Shown here: one piece after another, positions 1 to 13,482 of the stretch
How the letters are laid out: each line of letters begins with the position of its first letter
How positions within the stretch are numbered: position 1 is the first letter of the stretch
Source: Stylophora pistillata
Taxonomy: Eukaryota
Direction: 5' to 3'
NCBI RefSeq assembly: GCF_002571385.2
Contig: NW_019217814.1
Span: forward strand, 155,509 to 219,508
Length of the DNA: 64,000 nt
Translations under genes and position numbers: made by a program
The notes under the pieces: model-generated
Seen by the model: only the letters and a program-made list of their open reading frames with translations
What the model was told of the DNA's origin: nothing
Database searches by the model: none

Positions 1-192
1 AACCCTGCAGGAGACGGGACCTCCATTTATTCGTCCCTATCCGAGAAGACTAGAATATCTAACCATTTCTTGATGTTATAGAAAGGTAGCAAATTCTTCT
101 CAATTATTTTAAAACCTTGAGTGTTGGTCCGGCCGGAGCTCGAACCCTCTACCTCCTGCACAAAAGTCCAGCGCACTATCCATTGGGCTTAG
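1..192 (-). mobile_element. tRNA-derived SINE fragment
   Basis: Near-identical to 57468-57661; the reverse strand has a tRNA-like head (B-box-like GGTTCGAGC). Confidence 0.75.
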
Positions 193-1456
193 TTTATTGA
201 CCAAAGAAATTTTTCATTTCACATAGGTGCGGCAAACACTTAAAATGTTGGAGGATGATCTTGAGGCTCATATGAGTAGAAATTGCACTTTACTGGAGAA
301 CAACGTGTGTGTACAAATTTGAGAAAAGGGCTCTCTTAAACCTTGATTCCAGAACCCAGATGTAGAGTGCTTCCACTAAACATCTTTGTCTACATGAATA
401 ATCTGCAAATCTGAAACACCAGCTACCCTCTCCTAAACTTACAAACAGCCTGAATACAAGTTGCCTGAGTTCCAAAATGCAACCAACTTGAAATGGATGT
501 GAAATTTAGGTGCTATTTTAAAAGCATGTTCAAATTGGTTATTTATCATCCGCTAGTTTTATGAGCAGTGTATTTATTTCCATAAGTTTTATAAAAAGTA
601 TTTAGATAAACAAGAAGTATTCTGTATTTAGTACATCTGACTGATGATGAAAAGGTAGATACTGAAAATAATTTGTACATTATATTCATTTTTGAACTAT
701 AGTGATTTGAAGTGAGTGAGGCAAAGCCTTAAAGAAGTTGTAAATATTATTTTCACCAGATTTAGTTAAAAAGCACAATTGAAATCTTTCAACCATTCTG
801 TGATAACAAGTAAAAGTACAAAGAAACATTTAAAATGAGCCTTGACAGTGCAGGCATTGTCATCTCTCATCTAAAGCAGCGAAGCTGCTGGAGTTTTATG
901 GGTGAATCTTTTGAAAAAATGTAGTTTGAAGAAGTTAGGGATTTTCTTGATATCAAGTTACTGGAGATCAGCGTGGGTTTGGGAATTACTCATTACATAG
1001 CATTTTATATAATTGTTATGTTGGTTAAACCAAAATTGTGTAATTTCTATTAAAAAAAAAACAACATACAGAAATGCAGAAAATGGATTCAATGGATTTT
1101 AACATATGAGTTTGAGTGTAAATAATTTAGTTGAATCCTCGGAAAAGGAGATATTCGATAATGGTAGATTTGAAAATGTTAGGAAATACAATGTAAATTA
1201 AAAAGGAGTATTTAAAAGATTAAAAACTTACAGTGAACTTGAAGTGTTGTGTTCTTACACTATCTGAATTCTGTTCAAGAATGTGAGGCAAGGCTTTATT
1301 GTATCACAGATGTTCTGCATTTAAACCCTTAACTCTTATGAGTGACTAGCATGGAGTTTCTCCCAACATCACCCCTCAATCACACTCTAAGGTCATGAGA
1401 ATGATTAAAGGAAATGATGTTAATTGTTAAACATTGAGTTTCTCCCAACATCCCCC

Positions 1457-1720
1457 CCGCCTCCCGGTTAGCTCAATTGGTCAGAGTGCTGGACCATTGT
1501 GCGGGAGGTCAAGGTCGATGGTTTGAGCCCTGGCTGGACCAACACTCCAGGTCTTAAAATAACTGAGGAGAATGCACTACCTTTCTATAATATCAAGAAA
1601 TGAATAGACATTCTAGTGTTCTTGGATAAGGACGAATAAACCGTAGGTCCAGTCTCCTGCATCTATTAATTAGTCATTTTGGTTAGGCAGGGGACATTAA
1701 AGAACCCACTCACAAGATAA
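1457..1720 (+). mobile_element. tRNA-derived SINE (same family as 1-192 and 57468-57661)
   Basis: CCGCCTCCCGGTTAGCTCAATTGG A-box head followed by the shared body CCAACACTC..GGTCTTAAAATAACTGAG..GGATAAGGACGAATAAA. Confidence 0.75.
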
Positions 1721-2461
1721 CTGTGATGTTGTCTGGCCTGTTTACTGGGAGTTGGGGGGAGGGGGCATCTTCAAATAAGTTCCCTTTGATTGTTTGTAAA
1801 CTGCTGATGCAGTCTGGCCACCTAAGTCCCCCAAAAATGTGTTGTGATGTGCATTTGATCATATCCACATGTTAATTTGCGCAATATAAATATTAAATTA
1901 CTATTTTATTAATATTATCACACACTAAGGTCATCAGAATAATTAAAGGTTATGATGTTAATTGTTAAACACATTCTCCATGAAATGAGAACAGTATGGA
2001 GAATATGCATTCTGATTTTAGGGTGGAAGCGGTTACCTAATAAGCCAATCATTTAAAAGGGTACAAAATTCTTTAACAGGCTCCACCATTATTCATTTTC
2101 ATTAGGAGAAAAAATTCTGCATGGATACACATTAACCAATTTCTCCTGTTTAGCTCCTTTACTTTCTCAGCAGCACTATTAAAATGCATGTAATAGGCTA
2201 CCTTTTAATCAAGGGGAGAAGAGAAATTGGTTAAATTTGCCTATCTCTAATGTTTGATTTTATCTACCAGCTTTGAAGTGGTGAGCATTACTTCTTCTGA
2301 TATGGGTGACCCCATGGCAGGAAGGGACTGAGTCCCAATGCTAAGCTGAGGCTAAAACAACATGCATACTCCCCCTCCATGTATGTTAGTAGTGGTTCAA
2401 CAAATTCTTTCCTGCTTCTACAGGGAGGGAGGCTTTTCCTCCAGAAATGAATAAAGGGGGA

Positions 2462-2600
2462 AGTTTTTAAAGAAACTGTGGTGCTGCCAGTGGGGGTAAC
2501 AAGGTAATTTGGTTATATCAACTAAGTTGAAATTGTAAATTGGCCACCGTAAAAAGTTAAAAAGCTAACATTTCAAGTGTTAGCCCTTCATCAGAGCAAA
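2462..2600 (-). mobile_element. Penelope-like element terminal fragment with a degenerate minimal hammerhead motif
   Basis: Homologous to 6421-6620 and 14497-14752; the minus strand reads GCT-CTGATGA-AGGGCTAACACTT-GAAAT-GTT-AGC. Confidence 0.6.
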
Positions 2601-4329
2601 GATCCCTTCAGAAAAGCTTTATAGATGAGTAATTTATATAGATGGATATAAGGATATTGATGGGAAAAGTTTCATGTTAATCACAACTGAGAGTTAAAGG
2701 AGTTTGAGTTTACCTAGTCAATAAAGATATGTTACAAGCAATGTAACTTGAGTTGGTTATGTAATCAAACTTCCCAAGTAACTGTCGACAAGAATCACGC
2801 ATTCAGTTCATATTAGTTTAATGTGCCAACATTTCTCCTTTTATCTAAAACATAACAGTGTTTCACACCAATAAATGATTAATTGAAAAATGGATATCTA
2901 ATTGCATTTAATGTCACTCGTATACATTCCCAAATAATAAGTGGTTACTAATTTCAGAGTTTGGTTCGAAACTCATTTGGCTCCAAATCTGGTTTGTGTG
3001 TTGACTGACAACTATTGGATGGTCATAAAACAAAGTAAAGTCATTTCTTGGCAAATCCATTTTTAAAGCCTTCTTCAAATGAGTCATGCACCTGATAGAA
3101 GCATTGATATTTTGTCAATTGTCGCTGGGAAAAACTGTTAATTTATAGCTTCAAATAACCACTTTATGAAAAATATCCAGGACCAATGGTGGTCCAAATC
3201 TACATCTAACTTGTCCTGTGAATTTCTACAGAAGTTTCAAGTGAGTTTCTACCATTCCACTAACTGTTTAAGTTATATGGTTAAGTTACTTGGTCCACTA
3301 ACTTATCTCATTCCAAAGGCAAGAGATGACCAGTGAAATAAAATTTATTAGATAAAAATTCAATAAGTTTTAATGGCAGAATAAATTAACTGGTCAAAAA
3401 ACAATGAAATTACAAAAAAAACAAAGATAATTCATGCCTACTATATATGCATTTAACTATGTCATAACTAGAGGTCAGTTTGGATAAATTTCTAGCTTGG
3501 CACTATAATACTAGTTTTCCTTCTGTACAAAAATTCATTGTAAAAAAAAAAAAACAAATAATAAAAGAAAGAAAATTGGAAACATAGCAAAACAAAGAAA
3601 TTGACCATTAAAAAAATTCCTGAAAATTTGCTAAATTCTTTCTTTTTTTTTTGCCCTATTTACAGCACTGTCCAAACTCAGTTGAGATATCATTGTTATC
3701 ATTAATTTAAAAACCCCCCCAAAAATATGAACTTTGTAATTCTCCAAAAAAGTTGACCAAATGTAGATTGATAGAGGATGTAAACAGCTCTACTCAAAAG
3801 TGAAATGTTTTGCATCATCACTTGCTTATCATTTATGCTCAGTCGACAGCTTTTGTACATCCAAATTAGCAATCAATCCTTAGTCAACCATAAATAGAGG
3901 AAATAAAGACTTTTTACCACAGAAATAGTATCATTACTCAGTTCAAGGTACCCAAAAAGAGCATTAGCCAAAGAACAAGGGACAGTATTCACTCAATGTA
4001 AGAAAAGCTTCGAACAATATATACAGCGTCATTTTTCAGCGATTTTATACATCAATAATTTCCACACTCTAACAAAAAAAAGTTCATATGAATGACAAGA
4101 CAATTAGTGAGTAAAGAAATCTAGTCACAGTTTTCCATGAAATTAGTGATGAAATTTCATATCTCTTTTGCTTCAACATACTGACCTTGAAAGATGTTTG
4201 ATCTGTACTAGATACAATTTTGTTCTATTTCCCAGAAAAAGTATACCCCTCCAAAAAAAACATATTCTTTAAGTTAATATCATAAAATTGTTCATAACCT
4301 TAATAAATTAAGTCCACTGAATTAATACA

Positions 4330-5812
4330 CTAAGCAACTGCCACTAGGGGCCTGCCTCGTCCAAAACCTACATGGAAGCCTTTGGTACCATCAGGTCCTT
4401 TGGGGAGTCTTTGAACTCCCTCCAACTGAATCATCCTGTGTCGAGGGCTGGTTGAATCAACCAACGGGCTGGATTTTTGCGAATGGCTGCTGTTCGGTGA
4501 TCCAAACTTGCGGCGCTGAGACCATGGACTGTTAGGAGCACTGTTACTTCCTTCCTTGGCAGAAACGTTGGCCAGCTTCCTGGGCAGTTCTGGACTACTC
4601 TGAGGTGATCGGCGGGCACCTAGAACCCCTTGTCGAGGGCCAATGGTGGGAGATCCAGCCCTCTCAGGTGTTGGACTTCCACCACCGTTGTACCTGCGTC
4701 GGGAAGTACTGAATGATGAGTAGGAATTATCTGTATCGGAAGAACAGGAACTAGAGAATCTATCATCTGAGTTCTTGCCCATCAACTCTTGCAAACGTTT
4801 ATTTTTCTTTCTGTTCCGGCGTTTCTTTGTAGAATCGTCGTGTTCCTCGTCTGAGTCTCGCCCGCCGTCGCTTCCCCTTTCTTTGGATTTCGTCTTGGAC
4901 TTTGATTTCTCCTTCTTAGCGCCTTGTTTGCCGAGTTCTACCACTTTCATGCCGCCTTCCTTTGAAAATTCACTACATGCACGAGCAGCTGCGGCCATCG
5001 TTTCGAAGGCTACAACCGCAGTGGTTTCTTTCTCGAGTTCCGGATGTTTGGCAAAGTAAGACTTTAAGTCAGCAGGGATTGCTTTTCCTGGGCGAATAAT
5101 GCGGATTAATTCAATCTCGCCGCATTTTGAGAAAATCTCGCTTACACCTTCCATCGTAGCGTTCTCTATTCGTGTGACCACAACAGTTCTCCCTGGATTA
5201 CGTTCGAGTAGTTCGGAAGGAAGAGGTTCATTTCTTCTCACCTTTGTCTTCTCTGAATTCAGCGAGAGCTCTTTTGACTTTTCCAAGGCTTCGGCGACCA
5301 CTCTGTAATCTTTTGTTAGCGTCTTCACTTTCTTGAACGACGTTATAAGCTTCAAGTTGACGTAACCTTCTTTGTTACGGCGGACATGCTTGAGTAAGAA
5401 GGCATCTTTAGCAAGGTTATCGTCGCTTAAGTAAAACTCGACTTGGGACACAATTTTTTCCGCCAGTTCATCGCTAGGAGGCTGAAAAGGTTCAGTTCCA
5501 TCTTTACTATCGTTGTCAGAGTGGGAATCGACGGGAGACTGCCGATATTTGCGATCGACTTCATCTTCTGAATGCGACGAACCTGCTACGTCATGATCTG
5601 AACAAGCGGTGAAACTTACTTCTTGTCCATTCAACAACAACTTAGGCGAAGCCTCGACTTTCTCTGCGTTTGTCTTTCCTAAACTTTCTTCCCTCTGAAC
5701 GTCTGCCATCTCTAATAAAATGCAAAAAGGCAGATGGCCCGTCAGGTAAATCTCACAACCCACACACCACTTCGTAAAACTGCTACTGACCCTGAAATCC
5801 TTCGGCCGCCAT
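4330..5812 (-). CDS. LARP6: La-related protein 6 (La motif + RRM + C-terminal LSA/SUZ-C motif); probable exons 5812-5791 and 5711-4330
   Basis: La motif (KIVSQVEFYLSDDNLAKDAFLLKHVRRNKEGYVNLKLITSFKKVK), RRM (FSKCGEIELIRIIRPGK) and C-terminal RLPKGPDGTKGF. An upstream aaaATGGCGG start splices in frame through a 79-nt GTCAGT..TTAG intron (5790-5712). The alternative start is the ATG at 5709. Confidence 0.92.
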
Positions 5813-5819
5813 TTTTATA

Positions 5820-5880
5820 ACCCTCACGTGGACCAAGAACGGATGACGTAAGAAAGAACAATTCTTTCACTTCCGGTTGC
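5820..5880 (-). promoter_or_regulatory. Likely LARP6 proximal promoter/5' region (E-box CACGTG, CRE-like TGACGTAA, ETS CCGGAAGT)
   Basis: Motifs read directly just upstream of the 5812 start codon; no functional data. Confidence 0.4.
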
Positions 5881-6420
5881 TATATGAAATGTTTCACATT
5901 TCAGACAAAATCAATCATACGGCTATTTTTACTTCTTCCTCCAAAAATAAAACGTTTCGTTTTGCTCGTATATAATGCAAACATGTTATTTATTCCAAAC
6001 TTTCGGCAGTTTACGGGGAAAAACCGCCATATCCAAAATATTTCGGACGTGAAAGCAGTCACGGAACTCTCGAGATATTTTAGACAGGGCACGTTGCATC
6101 GGACACGTTTCAAAAAATAAATCACCCGGTGTCATGTTATTTACTTCTTGTCACGATTACGTTCGCTGATAAAAACTGAAATTATTAGTATTCCTAAGTT
6201 ATCACAGATTCCTGCCTCATCATATTTGGAGAAAAATCGTTAGAAAATGCGTCACGGCGATGCCATTTTACCGTAAGACTCCAAATCAAAACGTATATTA
6301 TTTAATTCTAAAAGAGGATTACACCATAAAATACTTTGATCAACATGATGCAAAGTTCGTCAAATAATATACTTTGCAGCGCGACATCACGTCTATATTT
6401 CAAAAACCAACAATACTATT

Positions 6421-6620
6421 AATAAAGGCTGATAGTTTCTAAAGAAACTGTTTGGGGCTGCGTCGGTGGTGGTAACGAAATAATTTGGATATATCAACAA
6501 AGTTGAAGTGGTAAATTGGCCACCGTAACGATTACAAAAGCTGATGTTTCGAGCGTTAGCCCTTCGTCATTCGCTCTGACCAAGGGCTAACGCTCGAAAC
6601 GTCAGCTTTTGTAATCGTTA
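6421..6620. mobile_element. Penelope-like foldback remnant with two inverted, mutated hammerhead motifs
   Basis: Inverted repeat centred near 6572 (TTAGCCCTTCGTCA..TGACCAAGGGCTAA); flanked by an approximate duplication AATA(C/T)TATTAAT. Confidence 0.65.
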
Positions 6621-9408
6621 ATATTATTAATTGAGCTTTGTGTTCTAGGCATCACAGCTTTGTTAAAGGTTTTTGAAAGTTGAACATAAATTTTTGTTAT
6701 GTTTCCTCCTGAATCTCGCCGCGCGGTTGAGTGCTTTTCCCCGAGCGATTGTCAACCGCTAAATTCCTTTTATTTGGTTACAATATCCACAGGTAAAAAT
6801 TTCAAAGAAAATATATTTCCGTTCGTTAAACAAAAATCTCGCTGTGTATTTATCATCACATATTTAAGACAGAGCAGCCAAAAACTCTCATGATCGATAA
6901 TAACTTGAAAGATCTAAGGTCTTAAACTCTCATGATCGATAATAACTTGAAAGATCTAAGGTCTGATTTTCACTATTGCATAAATAGCGCTCTCTACTTT
7001 GAGGATCGTGCATCATACGTATCTATAACCGCAGTTCAAAATATATGAACTCCATATATTCATCGTATTTGAAAGATCTAGACGGCCAAGAGCTTCCTGA
7101 ACCGAAATTAGGAATCGAGAGGATTTATTTGAGAGTTGAAAAAAAAATCCCGTTATATACGTGGGAGTAAAACCGTTTCAGGTTTTATCCTCTCTTTTAG
7201 TCACTGATTTGTTTTCACATTATGTTTTTTACAAATAAATGTTTTTAACTTAATCAAATACTAAACAGTAAAATGTCGTATACAAAGTAGATTTACCAAA
7301 TCATCTGAGATTATAAATTTCAAAGTGATGTGTTCAGAATTCCGGTTTTACTTAAAAAATATGGTATAAGGAAGAATATAACGTTGGTGAACGTTGACTG
7401 AGATTGCGGAAGCATTTCGGCCCAAATTAGATTCGAACGCTCATGGATCATAACTTATTTATTGTTTTATCTTGTTTTTGTGTGCTTTGCGTAAATCTAT
7501 TTTACCAGACTCTTGTGTTACATCATAGCCTTCTTTCCATCATATCTACGTTTTTTAGAGTTGTATACAGGCATACACAACTTTTGTTTCTGTACCAGCA
7601 CTTTGGGGAAATATCTTGTTTCAAAATCGGATTTTTTCCCCAAATTCGATACCCAAAGGAAACGACAGTTTCTGTTTTCACGGAAATAAAGTCGTTTATT
7701 ATTCATAAATAATCTTCAAATTCTGATCCAAGACTGGCTGTTTTTTTTTTTCTTTTTTTTCGTTACATTGTTCTTATACAGTCCTAGTGGAAACTGAAAG
7801 AAATTGATAATATTAGCATGTTTAAGTTATTGATGGAAAACGACCTCCAAGAGCAGTGTCAGCATTCAGGATCCGCCCGATTAGTGTAACTATAGTATTA
7901 CACCAGTATCTGTTTCCGTAAGTGAAAAAGGAACGACGTCTGAGTGTGAAGTTGCCCTTCCTTGTAGCAATGTGGTAACAGTTGGAGAGGGTGAATCGTG
8001 ACCTTATCACGAAAATACGCGGTGCAAGTATGTCTGTATTAAAAACTTCCGTGAATATTTCATGAGTTTACGTGTCTGTTCTGCTTCGCTGAAGCGAAAC
8101 GTGCCTCATTCTTCTTCCATCTTTGCTGAAACAAACAGATGTACGCGAAACCTCCTTGAAAACGATAGCAATTGTTTGAACTATTGAAATTTTGCAGAAC
8201 ATTGTTAACAAAACCACTAATGATTATGTGGAAGGTTTATCAGCCCCACCAAACAACAACCGGTATGATTTACCGGTTGTGTTTTGGTAGTTTTGAAACG
8301 TTCATGCGAAATGTCTTGCTACACGAAGCAGAACAAAGGAACTTTATTACAGATGCATGTTATATGGAGGGGGGAGGGGGGGAGGGTGGGTATTTCATTG
8401 GGTTATTTTTGATACACTACTATGGAGTCTCGTTTGTTATGGCAAAGTTTTCGGTACAGATCGCGATTCCACCTACTGTGTGCGTGAGTATCATGTATTT
8501 TATTGATCAAATTTTAAACAAAATTCGGTGTTTTGAGACAATAATTAATGTTCTTTCCAAAGCTTTTACAATGGTGATTACGGAAGTCGGTACAAGGAAT
8601 TACATTTCTGTTATCATTACTTTTAAGATAAACGAAGCCCTTACGTATTGTGTTCCGAATGCGTGTCCTCCCTTAACTGAATTGGAAATTGTTGTGAGTA
8701 GCAGAAATATATGCTTATTGGATATGGCTCACTGAGTTTATGGACAGGAATGAAATATTCCGATTGAAAAATACGGCTCAAAGTTGATAAAATTCAAATC
8801 ATCCCTAAGTATTGCAATTCATTGTTCCGAATAAGTTTCTCTCTCAAAACAAACGTAGTCTTCTTATATTCAGATTCTCGCTTGATCATTCTTCTTCTTA
8901 GTAAAGCAACAATGGTAATCTAGCGATGGGCTCCTGCGTATATTTAATATGCATAGAATAACAGGTGAGGGCCGTATCTAGCCAACCATAAAATATAGTA
9001 GGTCGAGAACCACACCGTTGCTGATTACTAAGTCACGTTCAAAACGGTTATTTTCATCTTCAGATATGATTAAAATACCCGTAATGTTTGGTGTGTGCTT
9101 GACAGGATTTTTTATTTTTAGATTTAAAGGAAAAGTAGGACGTATCGTATCCGGCGGAATTCTAAACTGAAATGTGTTCTGATGTCTGCGGTTTCACGGG
9201 CAGGTAAAATAACCCATTTATGGGATCCTGGGGACTTGACACCCCCATATCCTAATTTAATGTGCAGTTCGGCAGTGAGGAAATGGGTAACAGACAAAAA
9301 GAAATTTATAGGCAACCTTGAAGTCAAATCGTACTCGTGTTACCAAACAACGGGTAACTACGTACAGTGAGCTCTGAGAACAACCCAGAAATAAAGCTTT
9401 ATTATCTC

Positions 9409-12400
9409 TCAAGGCGTAACACAGACTCTGAAATACACTTGCTGTTTGGATTGCTCCAAGGCTTGTTCAAAATCTGTCAGTTTGAAAGATGGACTGAAGA
9501 GTTCATCGTACGGATATTTATCACAAGTTCTGGAAAGAAACGAAACAGCTTCATCCAGATGTTGAGGACCATAGTTGTGTATTCCTGATGAAGATCAATG
9601 AAAGGGAAAAGGAAAACAGAGAGTAAAACCGGTAAACACCGTTGATGGCAATGAAAACATTACTCAGACCCAGTCTCTTGCCTGAGAGTAGGCTCTCATT
9701 ATTACTGCTGAAGGACGCAGGTTTCTTCTTCCGCGGAAAGATTTGAGACGAGTCGGAGAGAGGTTTGTAGGGGGTCTGGCACTAGTAATTATCAGTTTTA
9801 AACCTCCTGCAGACCTCTCGTCAACTTGTTACTCAAGGCCTTATCGACCTCCAACAGCTTTTAGAGTTGCTTATAAGGACAAACTAAAAATAAATGAAAT
9901 AAATATACTGAGCCTTAACGGTGATTTGTAACTGGAAAAAAAAATCCCCGAATTTTCAACACGAGTAATAAGAATAATATCATACTATTGATAAAATAAT
10001 AAATATAATAATATATCATGAAAATGATAATAATGGCTAAGAAGAAATTTAAGGAAAATCTAATTTTGGCTACTGGTCCACGTACATTTGATTTGGGTCA
10101 ACTGACTACTAACGAGAGCTAAGGGAACTGAAGCCAGTTACTGTACCGCTAAATTTTTTTCCTGCTGTCATTTTAGTTACGATGTAACTACAAACCCAGT
10201 AAATTAACAAAATAAGTGCTATTTTACATGGAAAATAGTATGATAATCAATTCTGATCACCTTTAATAGTGATACACTTTTGTATAATTTGTTCTCCATT
10301 GATGTCCAACTTGGAATCTGGATGAACCATACCAGCAAATACATATAAACCTCCGGCCCGAAGGAGTTTCATCCCAACGGGTATCACGCTCGAGTCCCCG
10401 CAAACCTATCAAATATAGCGCGGTAATAAATACAGCAATACAACGAATGATTGACAGTTTCGATTGAGTGCTGTCAAACGAAAACCAAACCTCTATAATC
10501 ACATCCACTGAGTTGTTATGGAGACCATTAGAAGTGTGTGTACCTGTCAGTAAGAAAAATGAAATGTCATCTACCTTAAATTTGGAACACGAGAGTTATA
10601 TGTACATCTTTTTTTTACAGGCTTCTCTACCTACTCATACGTTTAAATATATACATTTCTTTCTCTGTTTCTCTGCTTTCTTCCTTAACCCAGTGCAGAT
10701 ACTCTGGGCGCTAAAAAGAATGAATACGAATAAAAAACAACTAAGCAAAAAAAAAATAAATAATAATAATAATAATAATAATAGACAATTAGCACCATTT
10801 TGCTAAAAGAAATCCAGACGACAAAGTCTAAAGCTAGAAGAGCACCAAATTTTCATTAACTTCATTTTCAAAATTTCAGTATCAAATGCGACAGAATGAT
10901 TTTAAAATAACTGCTTAATGGCTCTGTTAGGACCCAATCCTTACGCACACCCAGAGACCGTTTCCTCGTACCTCTTTGGTGGTAGTATTCGGAGGACGGA
11001 GGGCTGAGGCAAACAGTTTTATTTGAATTAAAACCCTTGAGCGCATGAGGCTGACAAGAACAGCCAAAGCTTTTCCTCTTTTACATATTTTCGAAATATC
11101 GGATATAGAGTTATTTTGAGTAGAAAATTGACGCAGAAATGAAAATTCTAACCTTCTACGATAGGAATACCTCCAAACTTTGGAACCATTTCGAGCCTCT
11201 TGGGATTGGTACCAACACAGAAAACTTTGCAGAAGCCAGCTTCATGAAGAAGCACACACCCATAGATTCCTAGAAGACCACATCCCTACAATGTAACGAG
11301 CCCAATATGAATCCTTAAAAAAAATTAATGAATTTTACAATTTTACAATTTGAGTTTTCCTTTTACGAGTGTGTTTCTACTTTGTCATTGCACGAACAGC
11401 GCATTCTTCGCAGTTGTGATGGGTCATGATGATAAACAACTAGTGTGAGCAAGCGACAGGTCTGCAAGAAGTCTGGGACGGTTCTAGCACACGCACAAAT
11501 ATTCCTGACCTCTAACAGACCTCTCGCACACACTCGCTTCCGACTCGAATCTCACGGGCTCTGCCAGATTAACTGACTTCGCGGCGGTCTCTTGAAATCT
11601 AACATCCCGCCTTCAGCCCTCGCTTCCTTCCTTGTACCCAACCCCTTAGATGGATAACATACCTGAATGACAACAACTGTGTCATAAGGACTACGTTTTT
11701 CAAGCACGTCGGATACTGCATTAATCATGGTCGCCAATGCACAGTTTGCTGTAGCAGCCATCTTATCTTGCACATGATCAGGTATTTTTACAACATGTGT
11801 CCCACAGTGGATGACAATGTGAGATGCGTAACAACCGTTTAGTTGCGAGTCTTCTGTCATGGTGGAGTGACCATACTGTAGAAAAATTTATAGAGGATAC
11901 GGATCGAAATTGAAAAAATAATTTTTTCGGACAAGCCACCATGTTATGTAAAAATCAGTTACCTAGCTTATCGAGATATGACTGCATAAGAAGCACAAGA
12001 TCATTGCATTTCTCAATTAATTTCACGTCTTTTTTTTCCATTTTCAGCAAAAATGAAAAATAATTTGTTCGAGGTCACATTTTATACCTTGGCAGCTTGG
12101 TGACCATCGTAGACGACGTTAAGCTGACGCACTAAAACTTTAGGCACACTCGTCTTCAAACTACTCATTACAGGCTAAAATAAAGGATATCACGGATTTG
12201 ATGCGTCAGTTCTTACTATGATATGCTACCACTGCGCATGCGTGATGCATCAAAAGTTCGCAAAGAGTCGGCCACCGAAGTGTTTCTGTCTTTTTACTTA
12301 TTATAGGCTGGGTCTGATGTGGCCATGGTGTCGGTTAAAAACATACCTTTAACAAGGACGTGCATTTCTGTTGAAGTCCACCTCTACAGTTCTCACACTC

Positions 12401-13200
12401 ATCGCAACAGTCTGCTATATGAAATGTCAGCCTATCTCCTCTTTGGAAGCTGGCGTCTGAACGTAGATGATCAATTACTTCGATGATACCTTCATGCCCA
12501 AGAATACTATGATCAGAAAATTACAAATATTTATTAAAGAACATGATCTCACTGCATTGATAGCATAGCTGGTAAATTCGTGGGATCAAACGCAACTGAG
12601 CGAGCCTGTTTCATATTATCATTGTTTGCCGATGACGTGTGCGAAAACTTTGAAGCATTAGGATAAAGAACCTGCTCAAAGTGTCCAATAGATACACAGG
12701 GCAGTTTTCAACTGACTGACAAAAAACGAAAACCAAAAAAGCTCAAAACGACCTATAAGCGCCTAAAATAAAAACGGGAAAACCGCCACAAGCGTGGGAA
12801 AACGAAGGCAACTACGGTCAGCACTCGTCATCGTATTGCGTCTGATTGGTTTAGAATATGGCGCGAGTTTGGCAAACCAATCATCGACCGAAGTAAAGCA
12901 AAACCACAGCAGTACCGGATTGCTATGACGCTCAATTCAAAATTGCTCAACTGCCTGACAAAGTAAGAAATTTTCGATGACTACGTGTATGAAAAGTTCA
13001 AGTTACCAAGGTGTAGCCTTTTTTCTCCTTCCACTTATTGTGTGTAGATCCGACTTACAAATTGTCGCCATGCGCATCTTTCCAAGAATTTCACCAGATT
13101 TCAATTTTGGAATAGAAACAACTTCCTGAATAATGCATGGCTCTGATTGGCTGCCAAGAAATACAAACCGACGGGCCATATTGCCAGTATCTTGAGACAT
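9409..13200 (-). CDS. Zinc-dependent medium-chain alcohol dehydrogenase, HpnZ-like, paralog A (357 aa); exons 13200-13007, 12506-12347, 11875-11663, 11285-11153, 10543-10491, 10405-10261, 9584-9409
   Basis: All introns are GT-AG, the phases add up and there are no stops. Motifs: CKSDLH, ILGHEG, structural-Zn cysteines CCDECENC..QQKC, Rossmann GCGLLG, C-terminal GIHNYGPQHLDEAVSFL. Confidence 0.88.
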
Positions 13201-13251
13201 TCTACCTTCAAATCAAGTTCAGCTTGGCCTCTGACTGCAAGACATATAAGA

Positions 13252-13482
13252 AAATTGGTTTTATCAACTGAGTTGATAATGTAAATTAGCCACCGTAAAG
13301 AGTTAAAAAGCTGAAGAAAAGAGTGCAAGACTGAAAAATGTCCTTCTCTCTGACGAAGGGCTAACGCTCGAAACGTCAGCTTCAAACTCCTCACTGTGGC
13401 CAATTTAATTACATTGTTAACTAAGCTGATAAAACCAAATTCTCTTATTATACTTCCCTACCAACGTAGCACCACACCCCCT
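13252..13482. mobile_element. Penelope-like foldback remnant upstream of dehydrogenase A
   Basis: Inverted arms (TTGGTTTTATCAAC..GATAAAACCAAATT); same family as 6421 and 14497. Confidence 0.65.
13347..13380 (+). ncRNA. Minimal type I hammerhead ribozyme motif (Penelope type)
   Basis: CTGACGA-A-GGGC-TAAC-GCTC-GAAAC-GTC-AGC: intact catalytic boxes, helix II and palindromic ACGT helix III. Helix I is short in this copy. Confidence 0.6.

Noticed and set aside
8172-8735. 187-aa ORF
   Set aside because: Non-ATG start, no recognisable motifs and low-complexity composition; likely spurious.
9409-13200. Dehydrogenase A as a pseudogene
   Set aside because: All seven exons have intact frames, splice sites and zinc ligands.
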